From: Candidatus Limnocylindrales bacterium
Lineage (GTDB): Bacteria > Chloroflexota > Limnocylindria > Limnocylindrales > CSP1-4
Length of the DNA: 64,000 nt
Assembly (NCBI GenBank): GCA_036392215.1
Contig: DASVYJ010000053.1
Coordinates: forward strand, 1,052 to 65,051
Reading direction: 5' to 3'
Under the pieces are notes generated by a model. That model was not told the origin of the DNA, did not search any database, and saw only the letters and a list, made by a program, of their open reading frames with translations. Below are positions 1 to 9,489 of this stretch, piece by piece. Position 1 is the first letter of the stretch. Every line of letters starts with the position of its first letter. The translations under genes and the position numbers were made by a program.

Positions 1-1047
1 CCAACCGAGGTCGGTGAACCAGAACAGGGCGTCGCCGGCGCGCAGGTCGAAGGTGTGGGCCAGGTCGTCGGCGGCCTTGACGGGGAACCCGCCGTGGACG
101 TGGACGGTGCCCTTGGGGACGCCCGTCGTGCCGGACGTGTAGATCACCATGTACGGCGTCTCGGGGTCCGTCGGCGCCTCGTCGAGCGCGGGCGCGCGGT
201 CGGCCGCCGTCGAGGCGTCCCGCGCAGCGTCGACGGCCTCGTCCCACCAGCGGTCGCGCTCCGGCTCCCAGGGCGTCGAGACACGCTCGCCGAGCCGCCG
301 GACGACGACCACCCGGCGAACGGATGGCGCGTCGGCCAGCGCCTCGTCCGCGGTCGCCTTGAGCGGCACGGCCGAGCCGCGGCGCAGGAAGCCGTCCGCC
401 GTCACGAGGTGCGTCGCCTCGAATGCGCGCAGCCGCGTCGCCACGGCAGGCGCGCCGTAGCCCGAGAAGATCGGGCTGAAGACGGCGCGCAGCCGGCCGA
501 GGGCGAGGACCGCCACGACCGTCTCGACGAGCATCGGCAGCAGGATGCCGACGCGGGTGCCCTCCCCCACGCCGAGCGAGGCGAGCATGGCGGCTGCCCG
601 GTCGACCTCGGCCCGCAGCTCGGCCCAGCTGAGCCGGCGGACCTCGCCCGACTCCGCCTCCCAGGAGACGGCCGTCTCGTCGGGCCGGCTGGCAGCCCAG
701 GGGTCGAGTGAGGCGGCCGCGTGGTTGAACGCCCCGCCGACCCACCAGCGCGCGAACTCGACGCCGCCCGAGAGGTCGAGGACCTGGCGCGGGCGGCGCT
801 GCCAGGCGAGGCCGAGGTCGTCGGCGGAGGCGCCCCAGAACCACGCGGGGTCGGCCTGGGCGCGCGACTGGAGGGCCTCGAGGTCGGGCAGGCCGGTGGC
901 CCGCAGGAAGCGGCCCGGACGGCTCTCGGCCAGCAACTCGGGGCCCGGCCGCCACGCGGCGTCCGGCACGTCCCGCCCGAAGGCGGGGCCGCGCGCGTGG
1001 GCCTGGCCGCGGGGAGGGGCGGGGACGCGAGCGACGGGATCGGCCAT
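1..1047 (-). CDS. AMP-dependent synthetase/ligase, acetyl-/acetoacetyl-CoA synthetase family. Partial: the N-terminal ~349 aa lie in the window and the C-terminus runs off the left edge.
   Basis: Manual minus-strand translation from the ATG at 1047 gives MADPVARVP...DPAWFWGAS...FNHAAASLD...TDPETPYMVIYTSGTTGVPKGTVHVHGGF. YTSGTTGxPKG is the AMP-binding P-loop. The ORF is absent from the track because it lacks an in-window stop. Confidence 0.8.
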   Translation of the reverse strand, partial: MADPVARVPAPPRGQAHARGPAFGRDVPDAAWRPGPELLAESRPGRFLRATGLPDLEALQSRAQADPAWFWGASADDLGLAWQRRPRQVLDLSGGVEFARWWVGGAFNHAAASLDPWAASRPDETAVSWEAESGEVRRLSWAELRAEVDRAAAMLASLGVGEGTRVGILLPMLVETVVAVLALGRLRAVFSPIFSGYGAPAVATRLRAFEATHLVTADGFLRRGSAVPLKATADEALADAPSVRRVVVVRRLGERVSTPWEPERDRWWDEAVDAARDASTAADRAPALDEAPTDPETPYMVIYTSGTTGVPKGTVHVHGGFPVKAADDLAHTFDLRAGDALFWFTDLGW

Positions 1048-1207
1048 CGGGACGCCTCGGCGGACCGGGGCGGGCCGACGACGGGCAGTGCCGCGGCTCC
1101 GCCCGGCTCCGCGATGATGGCCGCGGGTCGCAGGCGCGTCAATCGAAGCGGGCGCCGGGTGCGGGGAACGGTGCCCCACCCCCGGGGGCGCGTGCTAGCG
1201 TGGACCC

Positions 1208-1681
1208 ATGCCCCCGCCGCTCCCTGCCCGAACCGCGCCGTCGCGCGTCATCCTCGCCCTGACCCTCGCGCTGGCCCTCGCCGGCTGCGAGGGGTCCGGC
1301 GGTCCAGTGCCGACCCCGGCGGACTTCAGCGACCTCTCGGCCGCCCTCTCCCGCCACGGCATCACCCTCGAGGGCGTCGTCTCGGGCGAGGCCGGCTGCG
1401 CCGACCAGGAGCTGGCCCGCACAGCGAAGCGAGTCCGGGCGAGCGGCCTCGACCAGCAGGCGCCGGCGACCGTCTACATCTACATGTTCCGCGACCGGAC
1501 GACGTTCGAGCGGCTGCGGCCGGCCGTCGACGCCTGCGCCCGCTCGTACGTCGCGGACCCATCGACGTACGCCACCGTCGCCGTCTCGCCATTCGTGGCG
1601 GCTGGCCAGGGCCCCTGGGGCGCCCGCTTCACGGCAGCCCTCCAGGCCGGGCTGAGCGAGGCTGCCGGGACCGGCGGCTGA
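1208..1681 (+). CDS. Hypothetical secreted lipoprotein
   Basis: N-terminus has a signal peptide with lipobox LALAGCEG. Amino-acid composition looks protein-like (Y, F, I, D). It is divergent from the synthetase gene. Confidence 0.55.
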   Translation: MPPPLPARTAPSRVILALTLALALAGCEGSGGPVPTPADFSDLSAALSRHGITLEGVVSGEAGCADQELARTAKRVRASGLDQQAPATVYIYMFRDRTTFERLRPAVDACARSYVADPSTYATVAVSPFVAAGQGPWGARFTAALQAGLSEAAGTGG

Positions 1682-1926
1682 CCGCCCCAGGACCTTCGGT
1701 CCATCGAAACCCAGGCCCTCGGCCGCGACCCTCGTCGCGTACGGAGGTCCCGCATGGGTGACGATCGGGTCGACGAGCGGCTGCTCGGGCCGACAGGGGT
1801 AGACTCCTCGCCGACGGGCGACGCGGCCGGCCGCCCAGGGTACGCGGGCGGTGCCGAGCTGGTCGCGCACCGTCGTCGCGACGCGCTCGTCCGCCTCGCG
1901 ACCGCGAGCCAGCCGAGGAGGATGCG

Positions 1927-2271
1927 ATGCTGGAGGGCCTCTCGCCGCTCCACCTGATCCTGATCCTGGGGATCGCCCTGCTGGTCCTGGGGCCAGGCAA
2001 GCTGCCGGAGACCGGGGCCGCCATCGGTCGCGCCGTCCGCAGCTTCCGGGATTCGATGGAGGGCCGCGAGCCGAGCCCGCCAGCGCCGACCCCCGTGACC
2101 GCCACCCCGCCCAGCGAGACGAGCGAGGCACCTTCCCCCGCGGGCCCCGTCGACGCCGCGCCACCCGCCGGACCGGCCGCGCCCGCGAGCCCGCCGCCCG
2201 ATGCTGCGGCCGTCCCGCCGACGCCGCCCTCGACCGGCGACGACGTCACGCCGGGGACGTCCCCCTCCTGA
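1927..2271 (+). CDS. tatA: Twin-arginine translocase subunit TatA/E
   Basis: MLEGLSPLHLILILGIALLVLGPGKLPE matches the TatA TM plus hinge signature, followed by a Pro/Ala-rich tail. A strong RBS (gaggagga) precedes the ATG. Confidence 0.85.
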   Translation: MLEGLSPLHLILILGIALLVLGPGKLPETGAAIGRAVRSFRDSMEGREPSPPAPTPVTATPPSETSEAPSPAGPVDAAPPAGPAAPASPPPDAAAVPPTPPSTGDDVTPGTSPS

Positions 2272-2298
2272 GCCCCGGGCGATCCGGGCCGGGAGCGG

Positions 2299-3465
2299 TC
2301 AGACCACGCGCAACCCGAGCATGCGGCGGGCGATCACGAGGCGCTGGATCTCGCTCGTCCCCTCCCCGATCTCGGTGAGCTTCGCGTCGCGCAGGTAGCG
2401 CTCCACCTTGTACTCCGCGACGTAGCCGTAGCCGCCGTGGACCTGGATGGCCGCGTTGGTAGCGCGCGACGAGACCTCGGAGGCGAAGAGCTTCGCCTGG
2501 GCCGCTGCCAGCGAGTAGTCGCGGCCCTGGTCCTTCAGCCACGCCGCGCGGTAGACGAGCGCGCGGGCCGCCTCGATCTCGGTCGCCATGTCGGCGATCC
2601 GGAAGGCGACCCCCTCGAACGAGCCGATCGGCCGGCCGAACTGCTGGCGGTCGCGGACGTACGGGATGGCCGCGTCGAGGGCGGCCTGGGCGAGCCCCAG
2701 GGCGAGGGCGCCGATCGAGATCCGGCCGCCGTCGAGGATGGCGAGGAACGTCTTGAAGCCGCCCCCGCGCTCGCCGAGCAGGTTCGCGGCCGGGACGCGG
2801 CAGCCCTCGAACCGCAGCTCGCCGGTGGCCGAGGCGTGCAGGCCGAGCTTCTCCTCGAGCCGTCCGACGCTGAAGCCGGGCGTGTCCGCCGGGACGATGA
2901 AGGCGCTGATCTCCGCCGTCCCGTCATCGCGCGAGCCGGTGCGCGCCGTCACCACGTAGGTGCCGGCCACGCCGGCGTTGGTGATGAACCGCTTGGCGCC
3001 GTCGAGGACCCAGCGACCACCGTCGGGGCCGTCCTCGAAGCGCGCGGTCGTCCGCGTCCCACCCGAGTCGGACCCGGCCCCGGGCTCCGTCAGGCCGTAG
3101 GCGCCGATGACCTGGCCAGACGCGAGGGGCACGAGGTAGCGCTGCTTCTGCTCGGCCGAGCCGGCGAGGTGGAGCGGGCCGCAACCGAGGCTCGTGTGGG
3201 CGGCCACGATGAGCCCGAGCGAGCCCCAGACGCGGCCGATCTCCTCCACGGCGATCGCGTAGGCGAGGGTGTCGAGACCGGCCCCGCCCTCGTCCTCGGG
3301 GATGGGGATGCCGAGCCAGCCGAGCTCGCCCATCCGTCGCACGAGGTCGAGGGGGAACCGCCGCTCGCGCTCGTGCTCGTCGATGAGCGGCTCCGCCTCC
3401 TTGACCATGAAGTCGCGGACGGTCCGCCGCAGGAGCTCGTGCTCGGGGGACAGGTCGAGGTCCAT
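2299..3465 (-). CDS. Acyl-CoA dehydrogenase (388 aa)
   Basis: The real start is MDLDLSPEHELL; the cat at 3463-3465 was verified. The ACAD fold is visible in GAYGLTEPGAGSD, the catalytic region and the C-terminal YxxxGGYG (QVHGGYGY). The track ORF 2299..4275 is an upstream over-extension. Confidence 0.9.
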   Translation of the reverse strand: MDLDLSPEHELLRRTVRDFMVKEAEPLIDEHERERRFPLDLVRRMGELGWLGIPIPEDEGGAGLDTLAYAIAVEEIGRVWGSLGLIVAAHTSLGCGPLHLAGSAEQKQRYLVPLASGQVIGAYGLTEPGAGSDSGGTRTTARFEDGPDGGRWVLDGAKRFITNAGVAGTYVVTARTGSRDDGTAEISAFIVPADTPGFSVGRLEEKLGLHASATGELRFEGCRVPAANLLGERGGGFKTFLAILDGGRISIGALALGLAQAALDAAIPYVRDRQQFGRPIGSFEGVAFRIADMATEIEAARALVYRAAWLKDQGRDYSLAAAQAKLFASEVSSRATNAAIQVHGGYGYVAEYKVERYLRDAKLTEIGEGTSEIQRLVIARRMLGLRVV

Positions 3466-3588
3466 CGGTCGCGGCAGGATAGCACCGCGCGGGTCGCGTC
3501 CCGCGGGCCGCTGCGCGTCGGACCGTTGGACCCCGGGCCGGGCCCGTTCGGAGCGGCTCCGACGGGTCGGTGCTAGCCTTGCCGGGCC

Positions 3589-4389
3589 ATGGGAGGGACC
3601 GACACGAGCCGCGCCGGCGGGAACGGCGCCGTCGCGCCACTGCTGGCCGGGGGGCCGGTCGCCGAACCGCACACCCACCTCAACGGCGGACCGGCGTCGG
3701 CCCTGCGCCACGAGCTCCTCGTCTCGCTGCGAGAGCACGGTCCGTCGTCGCCGGACCGCCTGGCCACCCTCCTGGGCGCGAGCCGGACCGGCGTCCTGCA
3801 GCAACTCCGGGCCCTCGAGTCGGCGGCGCTCGTGAGTCGCCAGACCGTCCGCCATGGGGTCGGCCGGCCCCGCCACCTGTACGACGTGACGCCCGGCGCG
3901 CAGGAGCTCTTCCCGGCGAACTACGGGCCGCTCGCGGAGGGGCTCATCGCCGCCATCGCCGCCGTCGGCGGGCAGGCGCTCGTCGAGGAGGTCTTCCTCG
4001 CCCGCAGCCGCCAGCTCGGCACGCGCATCCGCGAACGGCTCGACGAGCGGATCGGCCGGGACGCCCCGCTCGAGGAGCGCGTTCGCGAGCTCGCGGTCAT
4101 CCAGGACGAGCAGGGCTACCTCTGCCATGCCGAGGTCGCGGAGGACGGCACGGTCCGGCTGCTCGAGCACAACTGCGCCATCTACCACGTCTCGTCGGGC
4201 AACGCCGCGGCCTGCCGCGCCGAGCTGGAGCTCTTCCGGGACGTCCTGGGCGTCGAGGTCGTCCGGGAGACGCACATCGCCTCGGGCGATCGGGCCTGCT
4301 CGTATCGCCTGCTCGACGCCGCGGCCGTGGACTCGGGGACGGCGGACGCGCGGCCGACGGACGCCCCGGCGGTCGCGCGGCCCGACTGA
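3589..4389 (+). CDS. HTH transcriptional regulator (ArsR/COG2345-like winged helix), divergent from the ACAD gene
   Basis: N-terminal HTH in LATLLGASRTGVLQQLRALESAALV, with a C-terminal conserved Cys-containing domain. It sits 120 bp upstream of, and divergent from, the acyl-CoA dehydrogenase. Confidence 0.65.
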   Translation: MGGTDTSRAGGNGAVAPLLAGGPVAEPHTHLNGGPASALRHELLVSLREHGPSSPDRLATLLGASRTGVLQQLRALESAALVSRQTVRHGVGRPRHLYDVTPGAQELFPANYGPLAEGLIAAIAAVGGQALVEEVFLARSRQLGTRIRERLDERIGRDAPLEERVRELAVIQDEQGYLCHAEVAEDGTVRLLEHNCAIYHVSSGNAAACRAELELFRDVLGVEVVRETHIASGDRACSYRLLDAAAVDSGTADARPTDAPAVARPD

Positions 4390-4418
4390 CGCTCAGGCGG
4401 ACCCTCGCCCAACGCGCC

Positions 4419-5471
4419 TCAGGCTTCCTCGCGCTCGACCTCCATCCGCGGCGCCGGCTCCCGAGCCGGCGGCGGGACGTCGCTGACGTTGCGCACGAAG
4501 GAGGCCTGCAGCGACGTGGTCGCGGCCAGCTGCTGGTCCTCGAGGGAGAGGATGCCGAGCCGGCCGAGCGTCGCCAGCTCATCCCGGATGTACGTCCGGA
4601 GCATCTCGGGTCCGTCGGTGTTGATCGTGAAGCGGACGCCGTTCCGGCGGAACGTGTCGAGGATCCAGCGGAACTCGTCCCAGCCCGAGACGACGCGCGT
4701 GTTCAGGTTCGACGAGGGGCAGATCTCGAGCACGACCGCCCGCTCGCGCAGCATCGCCATCGCCCGGGGGTCGTAGGCCGCCTTCACCCCGTGCCCGATC
4801 CGATCGGGCTCGAGCAGCTCGATGACCTGGGCGACCTCCTCGACCGGCCCGGACTCGCCACTGTGGACGGTCAGCCCGAGGCCGTACTGGCGGGCCCGCC
4901 GGAAGAGCCGGCGGTAGTCGGCGACCCGGAAGGTGGGCGACTCCGGACCGGCGATGTCGATGCCGACCACGCCGCGGTCGCGCCAGGCGATCGCCTTCTC
5001 GGCGATGATCTCGTTGAGCTGATACGGAAAGGCCCGGTCGAGACAGAAGATGAGCCCGGGCCGGACCGGGTATTCGAGCGTCGCCCGGTCCATCCCCCGG
5101 ACGGCCGCCGCGATGATGTGGTCGAGGTCCTGCTCGCCGCCGCGGTTGCGCTTCATCGGGTTGAAGCGGAGCTCGACCGTCGTCACGTTGTTCTTGCGGT
5201 AGGCGCCGCCGATGACCTCGTAGACCGAGCGCTCGATGGCCAGCGGCGACGACTGGATGAGCTCGGTCCAGTGGAAGAGCTGGAGGTAGCCGTCGAACGA
5301 GCGGGAGCGGGGGGAGACCGTGATCATGTCGCGGAACTCCCAGTAGTCCTTCGTCGGCAGCTTGATGCCCTGTGAGTGGGCGATGCCCCACATGATGGCC
5401 GGTGTCACGGCGCCGCCGAGATGGCAGTGGAGTTCGGCGAGCGGCAGGCGGCGAGGGAGGCTGCGGACCAT
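4419..5471 (-). CDS. add: Adenosine deaminase family protein (350 aa)
   Basis: LAELHCHLGG is the His-x-His metal site; HSGESG and TINTDGPEM (cf. SLNTDDP) are also present. Start MVRSLP, with the cat verified at 5469-5471. The track ORF 4419..6719 is over-extended. Confidence 0.85.
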   Translation of the reverse strand: MVRSLPRRLPLAELHCHLGGAVTPAIMWGIAHSQGIKLPTKDYWEFRDMITVSPRSRSFDGYLQLFHWTELIQSSPLAIERSVYEVIGGAYRKNNVTTVELRFNPMKRNRGGEQDLDHIIAAAVRGMDRATLEYPVRPGLIFCLDRAFPYQLNEIIAEKAIAWRDRGVVGIDIAGPESPTFRVADYRRLFRRARQYGLGLTVHSGESGPVEEVAQVIELLEPDRIGHGVKAAYDPRAMAMLRERAVVLEICPSSNLNTRVVSGWDEFRWILDTFRRNGVRFTINTDGPEMLRTYIRDELATLGRLGILSLEDQQLAATTSLQASFVRNVSDVPPPAREPAPRMEVEREEA

Positions 5472-5600
5472 GCGGCGAGCATAGCGCCCCGCCGATTTGC
5501 GAGCGGGAGCGCCGAGGCGTACAGTGCGGCCACTCCGTGGCGGGGTGCGTCGCAGGGCGCCTGCGGACCCCGGGTCCCCGAACGGACGAGGAGGATCACC

Positions 5601-6572
5601 ATGCTTTCGTGGCGAAGCCGCGCCTTGGGCGTCGCCGGTGCGACGCTGTTCCTGCTGGGGGCGTGCAGCGGCAGTCCGGCGACGCCGTCGCCGGCCGTCT
5701 CGACGCCGGCCGCGTCCCAATCCGCGGCGGCCTCTCCGAGCGCGGCCGCGACCCCCTCGGCTAGCGTCATCTCCGTCCCGGCCGAGCAGCTCGTCACCGC
5801 CGGCAAGCTCACCGTCTGCTCCGACATCCCCTACCCGCCCCAGGAGTTCTTCGACGCCCAGGGCAACCCGACCGGCTCCGACATCGACATCGGGGGCGAG
5901 ATCGCCAAGCGCCTCGGCCTGACCCTGGCCGTCAACAACACCGTCTTCGACACGATCATCGCGGCGCTCCAGGGCGGCAAGTGCGACATCATCATCTCGG
6001 CGCAGAACATCACCTCTGACCGCATCAAGAAGGTGGACATGATCCCCTTCTTCCAGGCCGGTCAGTCGTTCGTCGTCGACAAGGGCAACCCCAAGAGCAT
6101 CCAGTCGACGGACGACCTCTGCGGCAAGACGATCGCCGCCGAGACGGGCACGACCGAGGTCGACTACCTCCAGGGCACCGGTGACTACAAGGGCCAGGGC
6201 CTGACCCAGGCCTGCACCGCCAAGGGCAAGCCCGCCATCAACGCCAAGGAGTTCGAGAAGGACTCCGACGCCCTCCTCGCCCTCCAGGCGGGCCAGGTCG
6301 ACGCCTACTTCGCCGACTCCCCGGTCGCCGGCTACTACCAGGTCCAGCACCCCGACCAGTTCGAGGTCTCCCCGATCCCGCCGCTCCAGCCGGCGCTCGA
6401 GGGCATCAGCGTCCAGAACGACGCGGGCCACAAGGACCTGAAGACCGCCGTCCAGCAGGCCCTCGTGGCGATGATCAACGACGGGACCTACCTGACGATC
6501 CTCAAGAAGTACGGCGACGACGCCGGAGCGATCACCGCCGACGTCGCCCAGCAGCTCAACAAGCTCAAGTAG
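5601..6572 (+). CDS. Polar amino-acid ABC transporter substrate-binding lipoprotein
   Basis: Signal peptide plus lipobox LLGACSGS, then an SBP type-3 fold (TVCSDIPYPPQEF...GKCDIIISAQNIT). An RBS (gaggagga) precedes the ATG at 5601. Confidence 0.85.
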   Translation: MLSWRSRALGVAGATLFLLGACSGSPATPSPAVSTPAASQSAAASPSAAATPSASVISVPAEQLVTAGKLTVCSDIPYPPQEFFDAQGNPTGSDIDIGGEIAKRLGLTLAVNNTVFDTIIAALQGGKCDIIISAQNITSDRIKKVDMIPFFQAGQSFVVDKGNPKSIQSTDDLCGKTIAAETGTTEVDYLQGTGDYKGQGLTQACTAKGKPAINAKEFEKDSDALLALQAGQVDAYFADSPVAGYYQVQHPDQFEVSPIPPLQPALEGISVQNDAGHKDLKTAVQQALVAMINDGTYLTILKKYGDDAGAITADVAQQLNKLK

Positions 6573-6597
6573 CGACGCGCCCCGGACCAGGAGGCCC

Positions 6598-7509
6598 ATG
6601 CCTGCGTCTCCGCGCCTGTCGCGACTCCGGCCGGCCCTCGTGCCGGCCGGAGTCGTCATCCTCGCCGTCATCCTCGCCGGTTGTGCCGGGTCCCGGGCGG
6701 GGTCGGGGCCCCGGCTCAACTGGACCTACTTCTTCGACACCCTCTTCCGACCGGACGACAAGATCCGCTTCGGCATCTGGCTGACCGTCTCGATCGCCAT
6801 CCTCAGCCAGCTGATCGGGGTCATCCTGGGGACATTCGCGGCGCTCGGGAAGATGTCGAAGGTGGGGGCCTTCCGCTGGCTCGCCAACTTCTACATCTGG
6901 GTCTTCCGGGGGACTCCGCTCGTCGTCCAGATCGTCCTCTTCTACTTCGGGCTGAGCGTCGCCCGCATCTACCAGTGGCCGCCCATCGTCATCCCCGGGG
7001 CGACGGTCGACGGGGCGATCCAGGCGGGCGTCTTCGCCCTCGGCGTGAACGAGGGGGCGTACTTCGCCGAGATCGTCCGGGCGGGCATCCTCTCGATCGA
7101 CCCCGGCCAGACCGAAGCGGGCAAGGCCCTGGGCATGACGTACGGCGTGATCATGCGGCGGATCGTCCTGCCGCAGGCCGCCCGGGTCATCGTCCCGCCG
7201 CTCGGCAACGAGTTCAACAACATGCTCAAGACGACGTCCCTGCTCGTCCTGATCTCGGTGCCCGAGCTGTACACCATCATCAACCGCAAGCAGGGCAACG
7301 CCTTCGCGCCGTTCGAGTTCTACCTCGCGGCCGCGATCTGGTACCTGCTCATGACGACGATCTGGAGCGTCATCCAGGCCTGGATCGAGCGACGGCTGGC
7401 CAAGGGCACGGCCGGCGCGGCGAGCGGCGGGCCGACCCTCCGCGAGCGGCTCTTCGGCGGCGGACGGACGTCGGTCGAGGATCTGCCGGCGATCACGGGA
7501 GGCCGCTGA
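6598..7509 (+). CDS. Amino-acid ABC transporter permease (HisM/GlnP-like)
   Basis: Multi-TM protein with the EAA-like loop motif region [20 protein letters not shown]. An RBS (ccaggagg) precedes the ATG. Confidence 0.85.
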   Translation: MPASPRLSRLRPALVPAGVVILAVILAGCAGSRAGSGPRLNWTYFFDTLFRPDDKIRFGIWLTVSIAILSQLIGVILGTFAALGKMSKVGAFRWLANFYIWVFRGTPLVVQIVLFYFGLSVARIYQWPPIVIPGATVDGAIQAGVFALGVNEGAYFAEIVRAGILSIDPGQTEAGKALGMTYGVIMRRIVLPQAARVIVPPLGNEFNNMLKTTSLLVLISVPELYTIINRKQGNAFAPFEFYLAAAIWYLLMTTIWSVIQAWIERRLAKGTAGAASGGPTLRERLFGGGRTSVEDLPAITGGR

Positions 7510-8327
7510 TGACCGCCCCGTCGCACGACCTCCTCGCTGCCATCGGCGGCGTCCCGTCGCCCGCCTCGGACGTCGTCGTGGAGGCGACCGACGTCCACAA
7601 GTTCTTCGGCCGCCTCCACGTCCTCAAGGGCGTCTCGATGACGGTCAGGCGCCAGGAGGTCGTCGTCGTCATCGGCGCCTCGGGCTCGGGCAAGACGACG
7701 TTCATCCGCTGCGTCAACCACCTCGAGAAGATCCAGCAGGGCCGGATCTTCGTGAACGGGCACCTCATCGGCTACCGCGACGTGAACGGGAAGCTCGTCG
7801 AGGACCGCGAGCGGAACATCGCCCGCCAGCGCCAGGAGATCGGGATGGTCTTCCAGCGCTTCAACCTGTTCCCCCACATGACGGCCCTCGAGAACATCGT
7901 GGAGGCGCCGATCCAGGTCCGCCGGACGCCCAGTGATGAGGCCGAGGCGACCGGCCGGGCGCTCCTCGAGCGGGTCGGCCTGGCGGCGAAGGCCGACGCG
8001 TATCCGGCCCAGCTGTCCGGCGGTCAGCAGCAGCGGGTCGCCATCGCCCGCGCCCTGGCGATGAAGCCCGCCCTGATGCTCTTCGACGAGCCCACCTCTG
8101 CCCTCGACCCGGAGATGATCGGCGAGGTGCTCGATGTGATGAAGGAGCTGGCCCGCGAGGGGATGACGATGATCGTCGTGACCCACGAGATGGGCTTCGC
8201 CCGCGAGGTCGCCGATCGGGTCGTGATGATGGACGACGGCCAGATCATCGAGGAAGGCACGCCCGAGCACTTCTTCACGAGCCCGACGCACGATCGGACG
8301 AAGGGCTTCCTCTCGAAGATCCTCTAG
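7509..8327 (+). CDS. Amino-acid ABC transporter ATP-binding protein
   Basis: Walker A (GASGSGKTT), ABC signature (LSGGQQQRV), Walker B ([12 protein letters not shown]) and H-loop are all present. Its start overlaps the permease stop as ATGA. Confidence 0.9.
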   Translation: MTAPSHDLLAAIGGVPSPASDVVVEATDVHKFFGRLHVLKGVSMTVRRQEVVVVIGASGSGKTTFIRCVNHLEKIQQGRIFVNGHLIGYRDVNGKLVEDRERNIARQRQEIGMVFQRFNLFPHMTALENIVEAPIQVRRTPSDEAEATGRALLERVGLAAKADAYPAQLSGGQQQRVAIARALAMKPALMLFDEPTSALDPEMIGEVLDVMKELAREGMTMIVVTHEMGFAREVADRVVMMDDGQIIEEGTPEHFFTSPTHDRTKGFLSKIL

Positions 8328-8329
8328 GC

Positions 8330-8376
8330 CGGCTCGCGATCGGGCCGGCGGGGACCTCAGGCCGCCGCGGCCGGGT
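8330..8376. terminator. Putative bidirectional terminator hairpin between the convergent ABC ATPase and lipA
   Basis: A GC-rich palindrome gccggc-N10-gccggc, plus further dyad symmetry, lies in the 50-bp convergent intergenic gap. No U-tract, as is usual in high-GC actinobacteria. Confidence 0.3.
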
Positions 8377-8377
8377 C

Positions 8378-9438
8378 TCAGCCGGCGGCGGGTGTCGGCA
8401 TCACGCGGCCTTCGGCGTCGACGGTGGCCTGGCGGCGCAGCCGCTTGAGCTCGGCGCCCGGGACCTGGTCGCGGGCGTGGTACGAGGAGCGCACCAGCGG
8501 CGCCGACTCGACGTGCCGGAAGCCGAGCGCGAGGGCCTCGGCCTTCAGCTCGGCGAACTCGTCGGGGTGGTAGTAGCGGATCACCGGCAGGTGCTGCTCG
8601 GTCGGCCGCAGGTACTGGCCGACGGTCAGGATGTCACAGTCCACCGCCCGCAGGTCGCGGAACGTCTGCGACAGCTCGGCCCGCTCCTCGCCCAGGCCGA
8701 CCATCAGGCTCGACTTGGTGTGGACCGGGTAGCCGGTCGTTGCGGCCATCGCCTTGGCCCGCTCGAGGACGCCCAGCGAGCGGTCGTAGCGGGCGCGCTT
8801 GCGGACCGGCTTCTGCAGTCGCTCCACCGTCTCGACGTTGTGGTTGAGGATGTCCGGCCGCGCCTCCATCACCGTCCGCAGCGGCGCGTCCTCGCCGTTG
8901 AAGTCCGGGATGAGGACCTCGACGCCCATCCCCGGCGTGGCAGCGCGAAGCAGGCGGATCGTCTCGGCGAAGATGTGGGCGCCCCCGTCCGGGAGGTCGT
9001 CGCGGGCGACGCTGGTCACGACGACGTGCTCGAGGCCGAGCCCCTTGATCGCCTCGGCGACCCGCCGCGGCTCGTCCTCGTCGTAGACGGGCGGGCGGCC
9101 CGTCTTCACCGCGCAGAAGCCGCAGGCCCGGGTGCAGACGTCGCCGAGGATCATGATCGTGGCGGTCCGCTGCTCCCAGCACTCGCCCATGTTCGGGCAC
9201 ATCGCCTCTTCGCAGACCGTGTTGAGGCCGAGGCCGCGCATCAGCCGCTTGAGGTCGTGGTAGTTCTCGCCGGCGGGCAGCTTGGCCCGGATCCACTCCG
9301 GATGGCGCCGCTGCGGGCGCGAGCCATCGGCTGCGGGAGCGTCGAAGCGGCCCCCACCCATCGCGATCGTCGGCGGCAGGGCCGGGTGGTGGTGAGCACC
9401 GTCGGGGGGCGGCGTGAACATCGGCAACTCTCGACCCA
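8378..9438 (-). CDS. lipA: Lipoyl synthase
   Basis: CEEAMCPNMGEC and CTRACGFC are the radical-SAM plus auxiliary cluster Cys motifs. It is co-oriented downstream of E2. The start may be the alternative MFTPP at 9420. Confidence 0.9.
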
Positions 9439-9489
9439 TGGCCCGAGTGTACGACGGGGGACGGCGGACGCGCCCGAGCCAGTCCCTGC

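Noticed and set aside
2299-4275. 658-aa minus-strand ORF
   Set aside because: This is an over-extension of the 388-aa acyl-CoA dehydrogenase. The extra N-terminal part is antisense to the HTH regulator gene and is compositionally junk.
4419-6719. 766-aa minus-strand ORF
   Set aside because: Only the C-terminal 350 aa (adenosine deaminase, from the verified ATG at 5471) are real. The upstream 416 aa are Arg/Gly/Asp low-complexity sequence antisense to the ABC substrate-binding protein gene.
6681-8327. 548-aa plus-strand ORF
   Set aside because: A chimera: the real ABC ATPase starts at 7509. The upstream part is the permease gene read in a wrong frame and is Arg-rich.
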